A stretch of 63,099 nucleotides of DNA, counting the filler, from a candidate division NPL-UPA2 bacterium Unc8 (GTDB taxonomy: Bacteria > NPL-UPA2): assembly GCA_003574845.1 (NCBI GenBank). It is 4 parts of 4 records of this genome, joined end to end, with 100 filler letters (N's around TTAATTAATTAA, not from the genome) between each part and the next. Parts side by side here need not be neighbours in the genome. Positions count along the whole stretch, not along the records: positions 1 to 26,317 come from NDHY01000011.1; 3 more parts are not named here. One strand, given 5' to 3'. The translations under genes were made by a program, and so were the position numbers. A model generated the notes under the pieces. The model saw nothing but the letters and a program-made list of their open reading frames with translations. It did no database searches and was not told where the DNA came from. Shown piece after piece: positions 12,763-21,477 of the stretch. Within the stretch, counting starts at the first letter, position 1; each line of letters starts with the position of its first letter.

Positions 12763-15566
12763 TTGAGATTCCTTTTTCACAGGATATTATTGAATTTGTT
12801 GCCGAGAAACTGCTTAAAGAGGAAAAGAGCGATTTTTCTTCGGTAACCGTTGTGTTCCCTCACCAACGTCCCGCTTTCTATCTCCGCCGAATACTATCCT
12901 CACGAATCGGGCGTTCGTTCTTCCCGCCACAAATATTATCAATGGATGAATTCATGTCCACTCTTGCCGAAAAGACGGCTCCCGGTCTTACCAGAATAGA
13001 TAATCTGGATAGTGCTTATCTGCTGTTCCAGATAGTGTCAAAAATCCCGGGAAGTCCCTGGCAAAAAAACTCTTCCTCCTTCAGTGAGTTCTTATTCTGG
13101 GGACTGAAGATTGAGCAGGTAATCGGAGAACTTGACATTGAACTCATAAAGGATGCAAAACTTAAAGAGATTGGCATAGTTGGGGACTGGGGACAGGATG
13201 TCTCCAAAAATACGCAACATCTTCTTGGGTGCCTGAAAGAGATCAGGCAGGCGTTTCATGCTATGTGTGAGGAGCAAAAATTAACTACCAGGAGCCGGGA
13301 TTATGCCCGCGCCGCTCGTAACATCGCCGAAAACAACACAAAGCAATTTCCAACTATCTACTTTGTCGGTATTTTTGCCATGACAGGGGCGGAAAAAGCA
13401 GTTATCCGCTCTTTTCTCTCACACCGGCAGACATACTTCCTGCGCCAGAACGATGGAAGCAGCTGGAAACCATTTGAAGAAATGGATGGCTGGGCAGAAA
13501 AAGAAATCATCGCAGAGACATTTTCCTCAGAAATATTTCTCCACAGCGCTTTTAACATTCATTCCGAGATAGTAGGATTAGGAGACATTTTAATGAAAAA
13601 AGAAGTCAATTATAAAGAGACAGCTATCGTTTTGCCCGAGCCGGCAACGCTTATCCCGCTTCTCTCTGGAGTAATGACTTCACTTAATACAGATTATAAC
13701 ATTACGATGGGCTACCCGATAAGCAGGACGCCATTATACACCTTATTAGACCTATCCATGAAACTTGAGGAAACCAGATATGAAGATACGCACTCCTCAC
13801 GAGACTATCTTTCCCTGCTGATGCATCCTCTCGTCAAGAATTTTGGATATGTGATTGAGCCGACTCATATGCGGATTCTTGCTCATTCAGTAGAAGAATC
13901 GCTTCTCCAGGGCAAAACACTAATAAAATTGAGCGAGATTGAGCAAAACGATGAAATTTTTATCCGTGCTGCCCAAATGACAGAGAAAGAAGTTCCACTC
14001 CAGAACTTCAGGGATGCTTTAAGAAACATTCACGAGATTTTTATCAGAAAAATGAGCGGGGTTAAAACCCTTAATCATTTAGGAAGGGTTTTAGAAGAAA
14101 TCCTCACTCTTCTGCTCCGCCACAGCCCGGCGGCTCATTATCCATTCTCAGGAGAATTCTTCCATGGTTTTTTTCTTCTTTCCGACAAGCTCAGAAACTT
14201 CTTACTAAAGGACGAAGAATTCAGGGAATCAGGAGAATTATTTGAGCTTTTTCGCCACCTGACAGGAACGGAACGCATCTCTTTTCAGGGTATTCCGCTG
14301 AAAGGCTTGCAAGTCCTGGGATTGCTTGAAGCAAGATGCTTAAATTTCAAACAGGTCTTTCTCCTTGATTCTAATGAAGGTGTTCTCTCATCCGCCGCGT
14401 CCGAAGACTCGCTTCTGCCTCTTTCTCTAAGAGCGGCGCTGGGACTGCCGCTTCATTATCAGAGAGAAGAAATTTACCGTTATCATTTTCACTCTCTTAT
14501 TTCTTCAGCCCGGGAAGCGCACATCTTCTATTGTGACACGCAAAAGCAGCCTCGCAGCCATTTCATAGAAAAATTGGTCTGGGAAAGAGAAAAAAATGCC
14601 GGCAAAATCGGTTTCATAAAAGCCAGAGCGGTAGCGCTAAATGCCCTGCCGCGCCCTTTTTCCCCTTTTGAGATTTCCAAAACCCGGGAAATACTGAATA
14701 TTCTTCAGGGAATGAACTTTTCATCGGCTAAGCTAAATTCTTATCTCCTGTGCCCCGCCTCCTTCTATTTTGCCAGCGTTTTAGGTCTTAAAGAAAAAGA
14801 CAAAACATCATCTAAATTGGATGCTACTCTTATCGGCACTATTCTTCATAAAGTCCTGGAACAGCTCTACCGACCTCTCATTATGGAGAAGATAGTTTTG
14901 GGAGAGGCGGAATACTCACACCTTGAAAAAAGTCTGCCTGAAGTCCTCGGCAGCGTTTTTTCCGAAGCTTTCGGGGAACTGCGGGGGGAGCATTATCTCC
15001 TGAAAGAAATGGCTCTCAGCCGTCTGAAGAGATACATTTTGCTGGAGAAGCAAAGGTCCGCTGTCGGCATCAACATAATCTCTGTTGAAGAGCACCTATC
15101 CTGCTCCCTGAAACTAAAAAACAGTGTTACCGTTCAATTAATCGGCCGCGCCGATCGTATTGACCATCACGGGCAAGAGCGTATGATAGTGGATTACAAA
15201 TCAGGAAAAAATTTAGAGCGGCATTCCTTCAAAGCATTTAATTTTTACAATAGCAGGAGCGAGATGAAAAGAAAAATAAAATCCATCCAGCTTCCTCTTT
15301 ATGTTTTTCTATATCATCAGGTTTATCTCGTTCCGTATGAGGATATAAATTCAAAGCTAATCTCCCTTCGCACTGGAGGAGAGCAGATATTTTTTAATCA
15401 AGAAGTGAATAGGCAGAAATTTATGAAAGGAGTTTTCCTGCCGGTACTGGACAGCCTTATCCAGGAAATCTTTAACCCGGAAATTCCTTTTGTCCGCGAC
15501 GACACCGATGAAAAAATCTGTGAGTACTGCCCCTTTCCCACCCTCTGCCGCAAAGTAAGAAGCTAA
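12750..15566 (+). CDS. addB: AddB-like subunit: inactive helicase fold plus Fe-S PD-(D/E)XK nuclease
   Basis: Overlaps addA; YLLCP ... GRADRID ... IVDYKSG ... QLPLY ... ICEYCPFPTLC four-Cys iron-staple pattern. Confidence 0.8.
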   Translation: MGRIIEIPFSQDIIEFVAEKLLKEEKSDFSSVTVVFPHQRPAFYLRRILSSRIGRSFFPPQILSMDEFMSTLAEKTAPGLTRIDNLDSAYLLFQIVSKIPGSPWQKNSSSFSEFLFWGLKIEQVIGELDIELIKDAKLKEIGIVGDWGQDVSKNTQHLLGCLKEIRQAFHAMCEEQKLTTRSRDYARAARNIAENNTKQFPTIYFVGIFAMTGAEKAVIRSFLSHRQTYFLRQNDGSSWKPFEEMDGWAEKEIIAETFSSEIFLHSAFNIHSEIVGLGDILMKKEVNYKETAIVLPEPATLIPLLSGVMTSLNTDYNITMGYPISRTPLYTLLDLSMKLEETRYEDTHSSRDYLSLLMHPLVKNFGYVIEPTHMRILAHSVEESLLQGKTLIKLSEIEQNDEIFIRAAQMTEKEVPLQNFRDALRNIHEIFIRKMSGVKTLNHLGRVLEEILTLLLRHSPAAHYPFSGEFFHGFFLLSDKLRNFLLKDEEFRESGELFELFRHLTGTERISFQGIPLKGLQVLGLLEARCLNFKQVFLLDSNEGVLSSAASEDSLLPLSLRAALGLPLHYQREEIYRYHFHSLISSAREAHIFYCDTQKQPRSHFIEKLVWEREKNAGKIGFIKARAVALNALPRPFSPFEISKTREILNILQGMNFSSAKLNSYLLCPASFYFASVLGLKEKDKTSSKLDATLIGTILHKVLEQLYRPLIMEKIVLGEAEYSHLEKSLPEVLGSVFSEAFGELRGEHYLLKEMALSRLKRYILLEKQRSAVGINIISVEEHLSCSLKLKNSVTVQLIGRADRIDHHGQERMIVDYKSGKNLERHSFKAFNFYNSRSEMKRKIKSIQLPLYVFLYHQVYLVPYEDINSKLISLRTGGEQIFFNQEVNRQKFMKGVFLPVLDSLIQEIFNPEIPFVRDDTDEKICEYCPFPTLCRKVRS

Positions 15567-15637
15567 CTATTCAGGAGTCAGGAGCCAGAAGCCAGAAGCC
15601 AGAATTCAGAAGCCAGGAGCCAGAATCCAGGAGTCAG
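15564..15637 (+). repeat. Heptamer array (CAGRAGY/CAGAATY) starting at a TAACTATTCAG terminal motif
   Basis: About nine imperfect 7-mers; the TAA of the motif is the addB stop codon. Confidence 0.85.
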
Positions 15638-15679
15638 AGAGGAAATGGGGTCAGGAGCCTTTTTTTCAAGCTAAACCCA

Positions 15680-15940
15680 TTATTGTGTCCTCTCCTGTGT
15701 ACTCTCCCAAATTTCGTACCATATGTCACGAGTAATTTCTTCCACTTCTTTATTAAGAATGTCTCTTGCTGCGTCTTTAGCTATCACTTCCATAGACACA
15801 ACATAACTTTGTCCATGACCAGCATCAATTCTTTTTACATGATAGGTTCTTTTTCCGTCGTGACTCTTAACTGTTTTTTCCAGTACTTCTGGCTCAGCCT
15901 CGCTTCTCTTTGCTTGTCTTGGCCTAGGAATATTATCCAT
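15680..15940 (-). CDS. Hypothetical protein, 86 aa
   Basis: ATG with strong GAGGGGGTG SD; no recognisable motif; lies between GGGGTCAGG (15647) and CCTGACCCC (16000). Confidence 0.6.
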   Translation of the reverse strand: MDNIPRPRQAKRSEAEPEVLEKTVKSHDGKRTYHVKRIDAGHGQSYVVSMEVIAKDAARDILNKEVEEITRDIWYEIWESTQERTQ

Positions 15941-15987
15941 AAAGATTCACCCCCTCTTGCACTTTTGTTCTTTTCTTAGGTTTTTAA

Positions 15988-16007
15988 CAAGTGTGGAGAC
16001 CTGACCC
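15988..16007. repeat. Left copy of 20-bp inverted repeat CAAGTGTGGAGACCTGACCC
   Basis: Exact reverse complement at 17708-17727; near-complete third copy at 59614-59632. Confidence 0.9.
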
Positions 16008-16019
16008 CGTTATTTTCTT

Positions 16020-16119
16020 TGGCGCGAAACTTGAAAAGAGCGACAAACCTTTATCCAAAAACCACCAAACCTCAAAAAACCAACAAGAGTAAGCGGTCAG
16101 GTTGACCGAATGGTTATAT
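16020..16119 (-). other. Truncated integron attC site (left arm only) after the methyltransferase gene
   Basis: Minus strand: stop, then GCATATAAC (exact complement of GTTATATGC at the cassette start), then CATTCGGTCAACCTGACCGC; no matching right arm before the 20-bp repeat. Confidence 0.6.
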
Positions 16120-16125
16120 GCGATT

Positions 16126-16995
16126 TTATTTTTTTTCTGCTACAATAATATCTTGATAACTAACAAAACTATTTCTACCACACCAAGAGCCATAATGAAT
16201 AGGTTGAATTAAATTTAATCCATTTTTGTTTAATAGTTCTTTTATATAATCTTCATTAAATCCTATCGCACTTTCTGGAATATTTTTATCTTTTGCAAAT
16301 GAATTATTATCTATTTTATAAATAAGATTCTGAGTTGACTCCTTATTTTTTATTAGTGCAATTGATTCTGCATTCATTAAAAAAAAAGTAATTAAACACC
16401 TACACCTAGTTTTCATAACTCTTGATATTTCTTCTAAATATCTATTAATATCTTGGGTGTGCATGTGTGTGAAAACTGAAGTTAAAAACACAAAATCAAA
16501 AAAGTTATCGTTATAGTTAAATTTATAATCTGATGATTTTTCAACTCCCTTTGGATTATACATTTTATTATATATATCAGAATGTTCATAATTAAAATTT
16601 GGATATATGTTGGTAATATTCTTTTTACACCAGTTTATTCCCATTTCTACAATATCAAAACCATAATATTCTCCCTCATTCGACAAATATTCGGTTAAAG
16701 GTACAGACATTCTTCCAATCCCACATCCGACGTCAAGAACTTTATGATTCGACTTTAACTCTCCAAACTCCTTAAAGTATCCCAAAAATTCATCGCCAAT
16801 TTTTTGATAATCACCGTCACCTATAAAAATCATACGTCTCGGCGGTATTAACGGATTTTTATTACCTTTCAATACATCATAATAGTCCAATACTATATAT
16901 ATAATCGATTTAGTAATTCTATATATAGGTTTTAATATTAATTTAAAGGATTTAGAAATTTTGTTCACGATATCTCCATTTAATTTATTTAGCAT
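16126..16995 (-). CDS. Class I SAM-dependent methyltransferase (gene cassette)
   Basis: VLDVGCGIGR motif I, YYGFDI, FDFVFLTSVFTH; very AT-rich; ATG begins within the attC R' core GTTATATG. Confidence 0.9.
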   Translation of the reverse strand: MLNKLNGDIVNKISKSFKLILKPIYRITKSIIYIVLDYYDVLKGNKNPLIPPRRMIFIGDGDYQKIGDEFLGYFKEFGELKSNHKVLDVGCGIGRMSVPLTEYLSNEGEYYGFDIVEMGINWCKKNITNIYPNFNYEHSDIYNKMYNPKGVEKSSDYKFNYNDNFFDFVFLTSVFTHMHTQDINRYLEEISRVMKTRCRCLITFFLMNAESIALIKNKESTQNLIYKIDNNSFAKDKNIPESAIGFNEDYIKELLNKNGLNLIQPIHYGSWCGRNSFVSYQDIIVAEKK

Positions 16996-17060
16996 ATAAC
17001 GCTAGAACTCACCCGCCATCCGCCTCAGGCGGATTGATCGGGTGCAGTGATTTGTTATCT
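16994..17060 (-). other. Integron attC recombination site (67 bp)
   Basis: Minus strand AGATAAC-AAATC-ACTGCACCCG...ATCCGCCTGAGGCGGAT...CGGGTGAGT-TCTAGC-GTTATAT: AAC/GTT cores, L boxes with one unpaired base, central hairpin. Confidence 0.8.
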
Positions 17061-17066
17061 TCCTGA

Positions 17067-17430
17067 TTATCGACCGTGACACACGCCTAGCTTTGAAGAG
17101 ATCACCCGAAGTTTCCTGTCAAGAGTCCAGATCGGAACCCAAAACAGAACAGCCGAGGCAAGTAGATGTACATCAATATAGCCAAGCCCCCTCCCCATCA
17201 AATCATTGCTCTCCAGGAATTGCAGCACTTCCTGAGTGCTCAGCTTGATCCGCTACGGGCAGTGAGTGCAACAACGACAGTATCTCAGACCTATTCCTGA
17301 GATTCCCGCACGCGAGCTCTCCAATGATGAAAGGGTGAGATACTACATCACCGTCATTCAATAGGGACACCAGCCGTGGATTGCCTTCTCGCAGGTGAGA
17401 CACCCACACAGAAGTATCAACGAGAACCAT
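17067..17430 (-). pseudogene. vapC: VapC (PIN domain) toxin, frameshifted
   Basis: MVLVDTSVW...GELACG N-half; removing one base near 17235 restores QEVLQFLESNDLMGRGLGYIDVHLLASA...IWTLDRKL to a TAA at 17067. Confidence 0.85.
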
Positions 17431-17629
17431 GAAATCTGCCCCCTGGTCTTCTGCGACGTATTGCTCTCAGTCCCTTCTCAGTCGCTCCAAGCTTCGCCAG
17501 CCTCCTGCTGCTTTCCCAGCCGATCAGGGCCTCCAAGCCAAGTCTGACCAGAGAAGTCTTTTCTTTGACGCCCGTCAACTTAGAGGCTTTCTCAATCAGC
17601 CTGTCTTCAATGTTCAACGTCGTTCTCAT
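17417..17629 (-). CDS. vapB: VapB-type antitoxin
   Basis: MRTTLNIEDRLIEKASKLTGVKEKTSLV ribbon-helix-helix-like N-terminus; GGAGG SD; overlaps the vapC start. Confidence 0.88.
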   Translation of the reverse strand: MRTTLNIEDRLIEKASKLTGVKEKTSLVRLGLEALIGWESSRRLAKLGATEKGLRAIRRRRPGGRFHGSR

Positions 17630-17667
17630 CGCCACCACCTCCAGTCATATGTAATACTATGTGTATT

Positions 17668-17696
17668 ATTATGCATCATTCATGCATATTTGTCAA
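17668..17696 (-). promoter_or_regulatory. vapBC promoter with overlapping palindromic operator
   Basis: TTGACA-17 nt-CATAAT; TATGCAT-N5-ATGCATA palindrome at 17670-17688. Confidence 0.7.
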
Positions 17697-17707
17697 TAAT
17701 AACAGCA

Positions 17708-17727
17708 GGGTCAGGTCTCCACACTTG
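17708..17727. repeat. Right copy of 20-bp inverted repeat (GGGTCAGGTCTCCACACTTG)
   Basis: Exact reverse complement of 15988-16007. Confidence 0.9.
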
Positions 17728-17784
17728 ACATATTACGACCGTAAAAATAATTATTCCCTTTTCTTCTTTTGTTCTCTTTTTCTG

Positions 17785-17925
17785 CACCAGAGCACCAGTT
17801 AAACTGTAAAAATCAAATTGCAAATTTTTTCCTCTAATCCGTTCTCCATTTTTCATTTTTCATTTTGTATTTTCTTTGTGCCTCTGTGCCTCTCTAATAG
17901 CCTTCAGCCTTCAGCATTCAGTCTA
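17785..17925. repeat. Composite short-repeat block (CACCAG, TTTTTCA, TGTGCCTC, CCTTCAG modules)
   Basis: Shares GCCTCTGTGCCTCTCTAATAGC with the 59443 block; overlaps the 3' end of the biotin carboxylase gene. Confidence 0.75.
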
Positions 17926-19373
17926 CAGGTAGTAACCGCTGCAACAGCGGCGGCCATTTTCCTTTTATTTCCAAAAACCGATTCTATCTTTCCAGTTAAT
18001 GAATCGTTTTCCTCAATTATTCTTTCCATTTCTTGATAGAGACCATCCTGTTCTTCAATAAAGTGGGTGCTCAATTCTCCCTTTTGAAAGACTTCGTTGC
18101 TCATTACCGCCTTGTGGAACGGAATGTTTGTCTTCACCCCAACAATAACATATTCATAAAGCGCTCTCTTCATGCGCTCTATTGCCTCAGAGCGGTTTCT
18201 TCCCCAGGCAATCAGTTTGGAAATCATTGAATCATAGAAAGAAGGGATAGTATAGAAGGTGTGCACTCCGCTATCTACCCTGATGCCTACTCCACCCGGG
18301 GAGCGATATCCACTAAGCTTACCCGGACAGGGAACAAAATTGTTTAGCGGGTCCTCAGCATTAATTCGGCATTCCACTGCCCAACCGTTGATTTTGATGT
18401 CTTCCTGCTTAATTTTTAGCGGCAAGTCAGAGGCAATGCGCAGTTGCTCTTTGACCAGATCAACATTGGTTACCATCTCGGTTGTTGGGTGTTCTACCTG
18501 TATGCGGGTGTTCATCTCCAGAAAGTAGAAACTTCCATCAGCATAGATAAATTCCACTGTGCCGGCATTGGTATAATCTATTGTCCTGGCTACCTGAATA
18601 GCAATCTTGCCAATCTCTTCACGCAGTTTTTCCGTCATTATTGGAGACGGAGCCTCTTCCACCAACTTCTGATGCCTTCTTTGTATAGAACACTCTCTTT
18701 CTCCAAGATGAATGATATTACCAAATTTGTCAGCGAGAACCTGGAATTCAATATGCCGCGGCCGCACCAGATATTTTTCTAAAAATAGCCCATCATCTCC
18801 AAAAGCCGAATATGCAATTGACCGGATAGCAATAATTGCTGATTCAAGCTCTCCTGAGTCATGAACAATTTTCATTCCAATTCCACCGCCACCAGCCGCT
18901 GCCTTTACAATAATCGGATAGCCAACCTTTGCAGCTACCTGCCTCGCTTCTTCAATTTTTTCTATCCTCCCTGAGCCAGGAGTAACAGGAATGCCTGCTT
19001 CCGACATTGTTTTTCGGGCAACAATCTTATTGCCCATCAGTTCAATTGCCCGACTGGATGGTCCAATGAACTTAATTCCTTCCCTCTCACAGGAATAGGC
19101 AAAATTAGGATTTTCAGACAGGAAGCCATAGCCGGGATGAATACCATCTACCTGAGCTTCCCTGGCAATGGCTATTATTTTCTTAATATTCAGATAGCTT
19201 TCCAGCGGATGCGAGGAGCCCAGGCAGAATCCCTCATCAGCATATTTGGCATGCAGAGCGTTCCTGTCTGCCTCTGAATAGACGGAAACTGTCTTAATGC
19301 TCAGTTCACGGCAGGCGCGCATCACCCGAATAGCAATTTCACCACGATTAGCTATCAGAACTTTCTTTAACAT
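17904..19373 (-). CDS. Biotin carboxylase subunit (AccC/pyruvate carboxylase subunit A type)
   Basis: [65 protein letters not shown]. Confidence 0.93.
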   Translation of the reverse strand: MLKKVLIANRGEIAIRVMRACRELSIKTVSVYSEADRNALHAKYADEGFCLGSSHPLESYLNIKKIIAIAREAQVDGIHPGYGFLSENPNFAYSCEREGIKFIGPSSRAIELMGNKIVARKTMSEAGIPVTPGSGRIEKIEEARQVAAKVGYPIIVKAAAGGGGIGMKIVHDSGELESAIIAIRSIAYSAFGDDGLFLEKYLVRPRHIEFQVLADKFGNIIHLGERECSIQRRHQKLVEEAPSPIMTEKLREEIGKIAIQVARTIDYTNAGTVEFIYADGSFYFLEMNTRIQVEHPTTEMVTNVDLVKEQLRIASDLPLKIKQEDIKINGWAVECRINAEDPLNNFVPCPGKLSGYRSPGGVGIRVDSGVHTFYTIPSFYDSMISKLIAWGRNRSEAIERMKRALYEYVIVGVKTNIPFHKAVMSNEVFQKGELSTHFIEEQDGLYQEMERIIEENDSLTGKIESVFGNKRKMAAAVAAVTTCRLNAEG

Positions 19374-19449
19374 TTACCCCGCTTCTTTTGAATTTGACTG
19401 AATAGTGAAGTTCATGGTATCATAATACGATTAAATTTCAGAAATATCA

Positions 19450-20997
19450 ATGGAAAAATTCTACATTACTACGGCGATTGACTATCCATCAGGACCACCG
19501 CATCTTGGCCATGCTTATGAAAAAATCTGTGCTGATGCAGTTGCCCGCTGGCAGCGCCTGAAGAAAAAGGATGTATTCTTCCTCACCGGGACGGATGAGC
19601 ATGGACAGAAGATAGCAAAGTATGCTCAACGTGCCGGGAAAAATCCGAAAGAGTTTGTTGATGAGACCTCGCAAAAGTTCATCCAGTTGTGCAGGAAGCT
19701 TAGCATTTCTAATGATGACTTCGTCAGAACCACTGAAGAACGACACAAGGATGTCGCCCGAAACATCTTCATGAAAATCTTTGAAAAAGGAGATATTTAT
19801 AAAGGGTATTATGAAGGGCTTTACTGCACTGATTGCGAGACATTTTACTTAGAAAAAGAGCTGAATGGAGAAAATTGTCCTGTCCATAAAGCAAAGGTGG
19901 AAAAAGTAAAAGAAGAAGGCTATTTCTTTAGAGCGGGACAATATCGGGAGCGTGTGCAAAGACACATCATTGAAAATCCTGACTTCCTCCTTCCCGGGGT
20001 AAGACGCAATGAGGTGCTAAAAAGGCTTCAGGGGGAGGTGAAAGACCTGAGTATCTCCCGCTCCAGAGTCAGGTGGGGAGTTTCTCTTCCCATAGACCAG
20101 AAGCACGTTATCTATGTCTGGTTTGACGCACTTATCAACTATATTTCAGCCCTTAATTATCCTGATGGAGAGAAATTTAGTAAATACTGGCCGGCAAGTT
20201 TGCACCTAATCGGCAAAGATATTCTCTGGTTTCACGCTTTTATTTGGCCGGCGATACTTATGGCAGCCGACATAGAGCTTCCACAGAGGATGTTCGTGCA
20301 CGGATTTATTAATGTGGGAAAAGAGAAGTTAAGTAAGAGTAAGGGAATAACCATAGACCCGCTGCGGTTGATTGAGATTTATGGAAGTGATGCCTTGCGT
20401 TACTTTCTCTTGAGAGAAGTCTCCTATGGCAAGGACGGAGATTTTTCCGAGGACGCTTTGATAAGAAGAATAAACAGTGACCTTGCCAATGACCTTGGTA
20501 ACTTTGTTTACAGGGTATTAACGATGGTAGCACGATACTGGGATGAGGAGGTTCCATCCCCGGGAAATGAGGAAGACATTGACAGGACATTGAGAGAGCT
20601 CTGCCTGAAGACAGTGTCTGAAGTTGATAAGAAAATTGATAACCTGCAGTTTTCTGAGGCTTTAGCAAGAATCTGGAAACTAATTCAGGCGGCGAATGGA
20701 TACATTGAGGAAACCGCTCCCTGGGCGCTCGCTAAAAACTCTGCCGATAGAGCCCGACTCGGGACAGTGCTTTACTGGCAATTGGAAGCGTTGCGCTTTA
20801 TTGCCACACTCCTCTTTTCCTTCATTCCCGCATCAGCGCTTAAGATATGGCAGCAACTTGGCATGGATGAAGAGCTGATGACTGATGGGCTGGACGGAAT
20901 TAAAAAATGGGGGAAGCTAAAACCCGGTCGTAAAGTCAAGAGAGGAGAACCTCTCTTTCCAAGAATAGAGGCTGCGCCCGTAGCTCAGCCAGGATAG
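19450..20997 (+). CDS. metG: Methionine--tRNA ligase (short form, no C-terminal tRNA-binding domain)
   Basis: YITTAIDY, HLGH, GTDEHG, CTDC..CPVH knuckle, YVWFDAL, KLSKS, LFPRIE; stop lies inside tRNA-Arg. Confidence 0.97.
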   Translation: MEKFYITTAIDYPSGPPHLGHAYEKICADAVARWQRLKKKDVFFLTGTDEHGQKIAKYAQRAGKNPKEFVDETSQKFIQLCRKLSISNDDFVRTTEERHKDVARNIFMKIFEKGDIYKGYYEGLYCTDCETFYLEKELNGENCPVHKAKVEKVKEEGYFFRAGQYRERVQRHIIENPDFLLPGVRRNEVLKRLQGEVKDLSISRSRVRWGVSLPIDQKHVIYVWFDALINYISALNYPDGEKFSKYWPASLHLIGKDILWFHAFIWPAILMAADIELPQRMFVHGFINVGKEKLSKSKGITIDPLRLIEIYGSDALRYFLLREVSYGKDGDFSEDALIRRINSDLANDLGNFVYRVLTMVARYWDEEVPSPGNEEDIDRTLRELCLKTVSEVDKKIDNLQFSEALARIWKLIQAANGYIEETAPWALAKNSADRARLGTVLYWQLEALRFIATLLFSFIPASALKIWQQLGMDEELMTDGLDGIKKWGKLKPGRKVKRGEPLFPRIEAAPVAQPG

Positions 20998-21048
20998 AGC
21001 AGCGGTTTCCTAAACCGCGTGTCAGAGGTTCAAATCCTCTCGGGCGTA
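20974..21048 (+). tRNA. tRNA-Arg(CCT), CCA not encoded
   Basis: GCGCCCG...CGGGCGT-A acceptor; GCGGT-TTCCTAA-ACCGC anticodon arm; AGAGG-TTCAAAT-CCTCT T arm. Confidence 0.95.
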
Positions 21049-21114
21049 TGTTAATTAAGCAGTAGATAGTCAATAGTAAATAGTGAGTGGTAGTAATTGA
21101 TAAAGGAGGAGAAT

Positions 21115-21468
21115 ATGGCAAAAGTAGCAAAAGTTACAAAAGTGACAAAAGTGGCAAAAATATTGCCAAAGAAGTGGACAGAGGAAGAGGATAATTTTAT
21201 TAAAGAAAATTACCTCAGGATGGACAAGAAGGCATTAGCCAGGAATTTCGGGGTTACACTCAAGTCCATAGAGGGAAAGATTAGAAGAATGAAGCCCAAA
21301 AAACCAAAGTTGACAGAGAAAAGGACAGAGAAAAGTGAGAAGAAGGAGAGGCTCCTCATCCACCAGAATGTAAGATGCCGAACCTGCTTTCTTATAGATG
21401 GTTATACAGAAGTAGAGGAAAACTGCCGCTATTGTGGGGCGAAACTTTTTAAGATTGATGTGATTTAA
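21115..21468 (+). CDS. Small basic protein: Myb/SANT-like HTH plus C-terminal CxxC-CxxC zinc ribbon
   Basis: AAGGAGG SD before ATG 21115; KWTEEEDNFIKENY...LARNFGVTLKSIEGKIRRM; CRTC-x12-CRYC. Confidence 0.75.
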   Translation: MAKVAKVTKVTKVAKILPKKWTEEEDNFIKENYLRMDKKALARNFGVTLKSIEGKIRRMKPKKPKLTEKRTEKSEKKERLLIHQNVRCRTCFLIDGYTEVEENCRYCGAKLFKIDVI

Positions 21469-21477
21469 CATGAAAAT

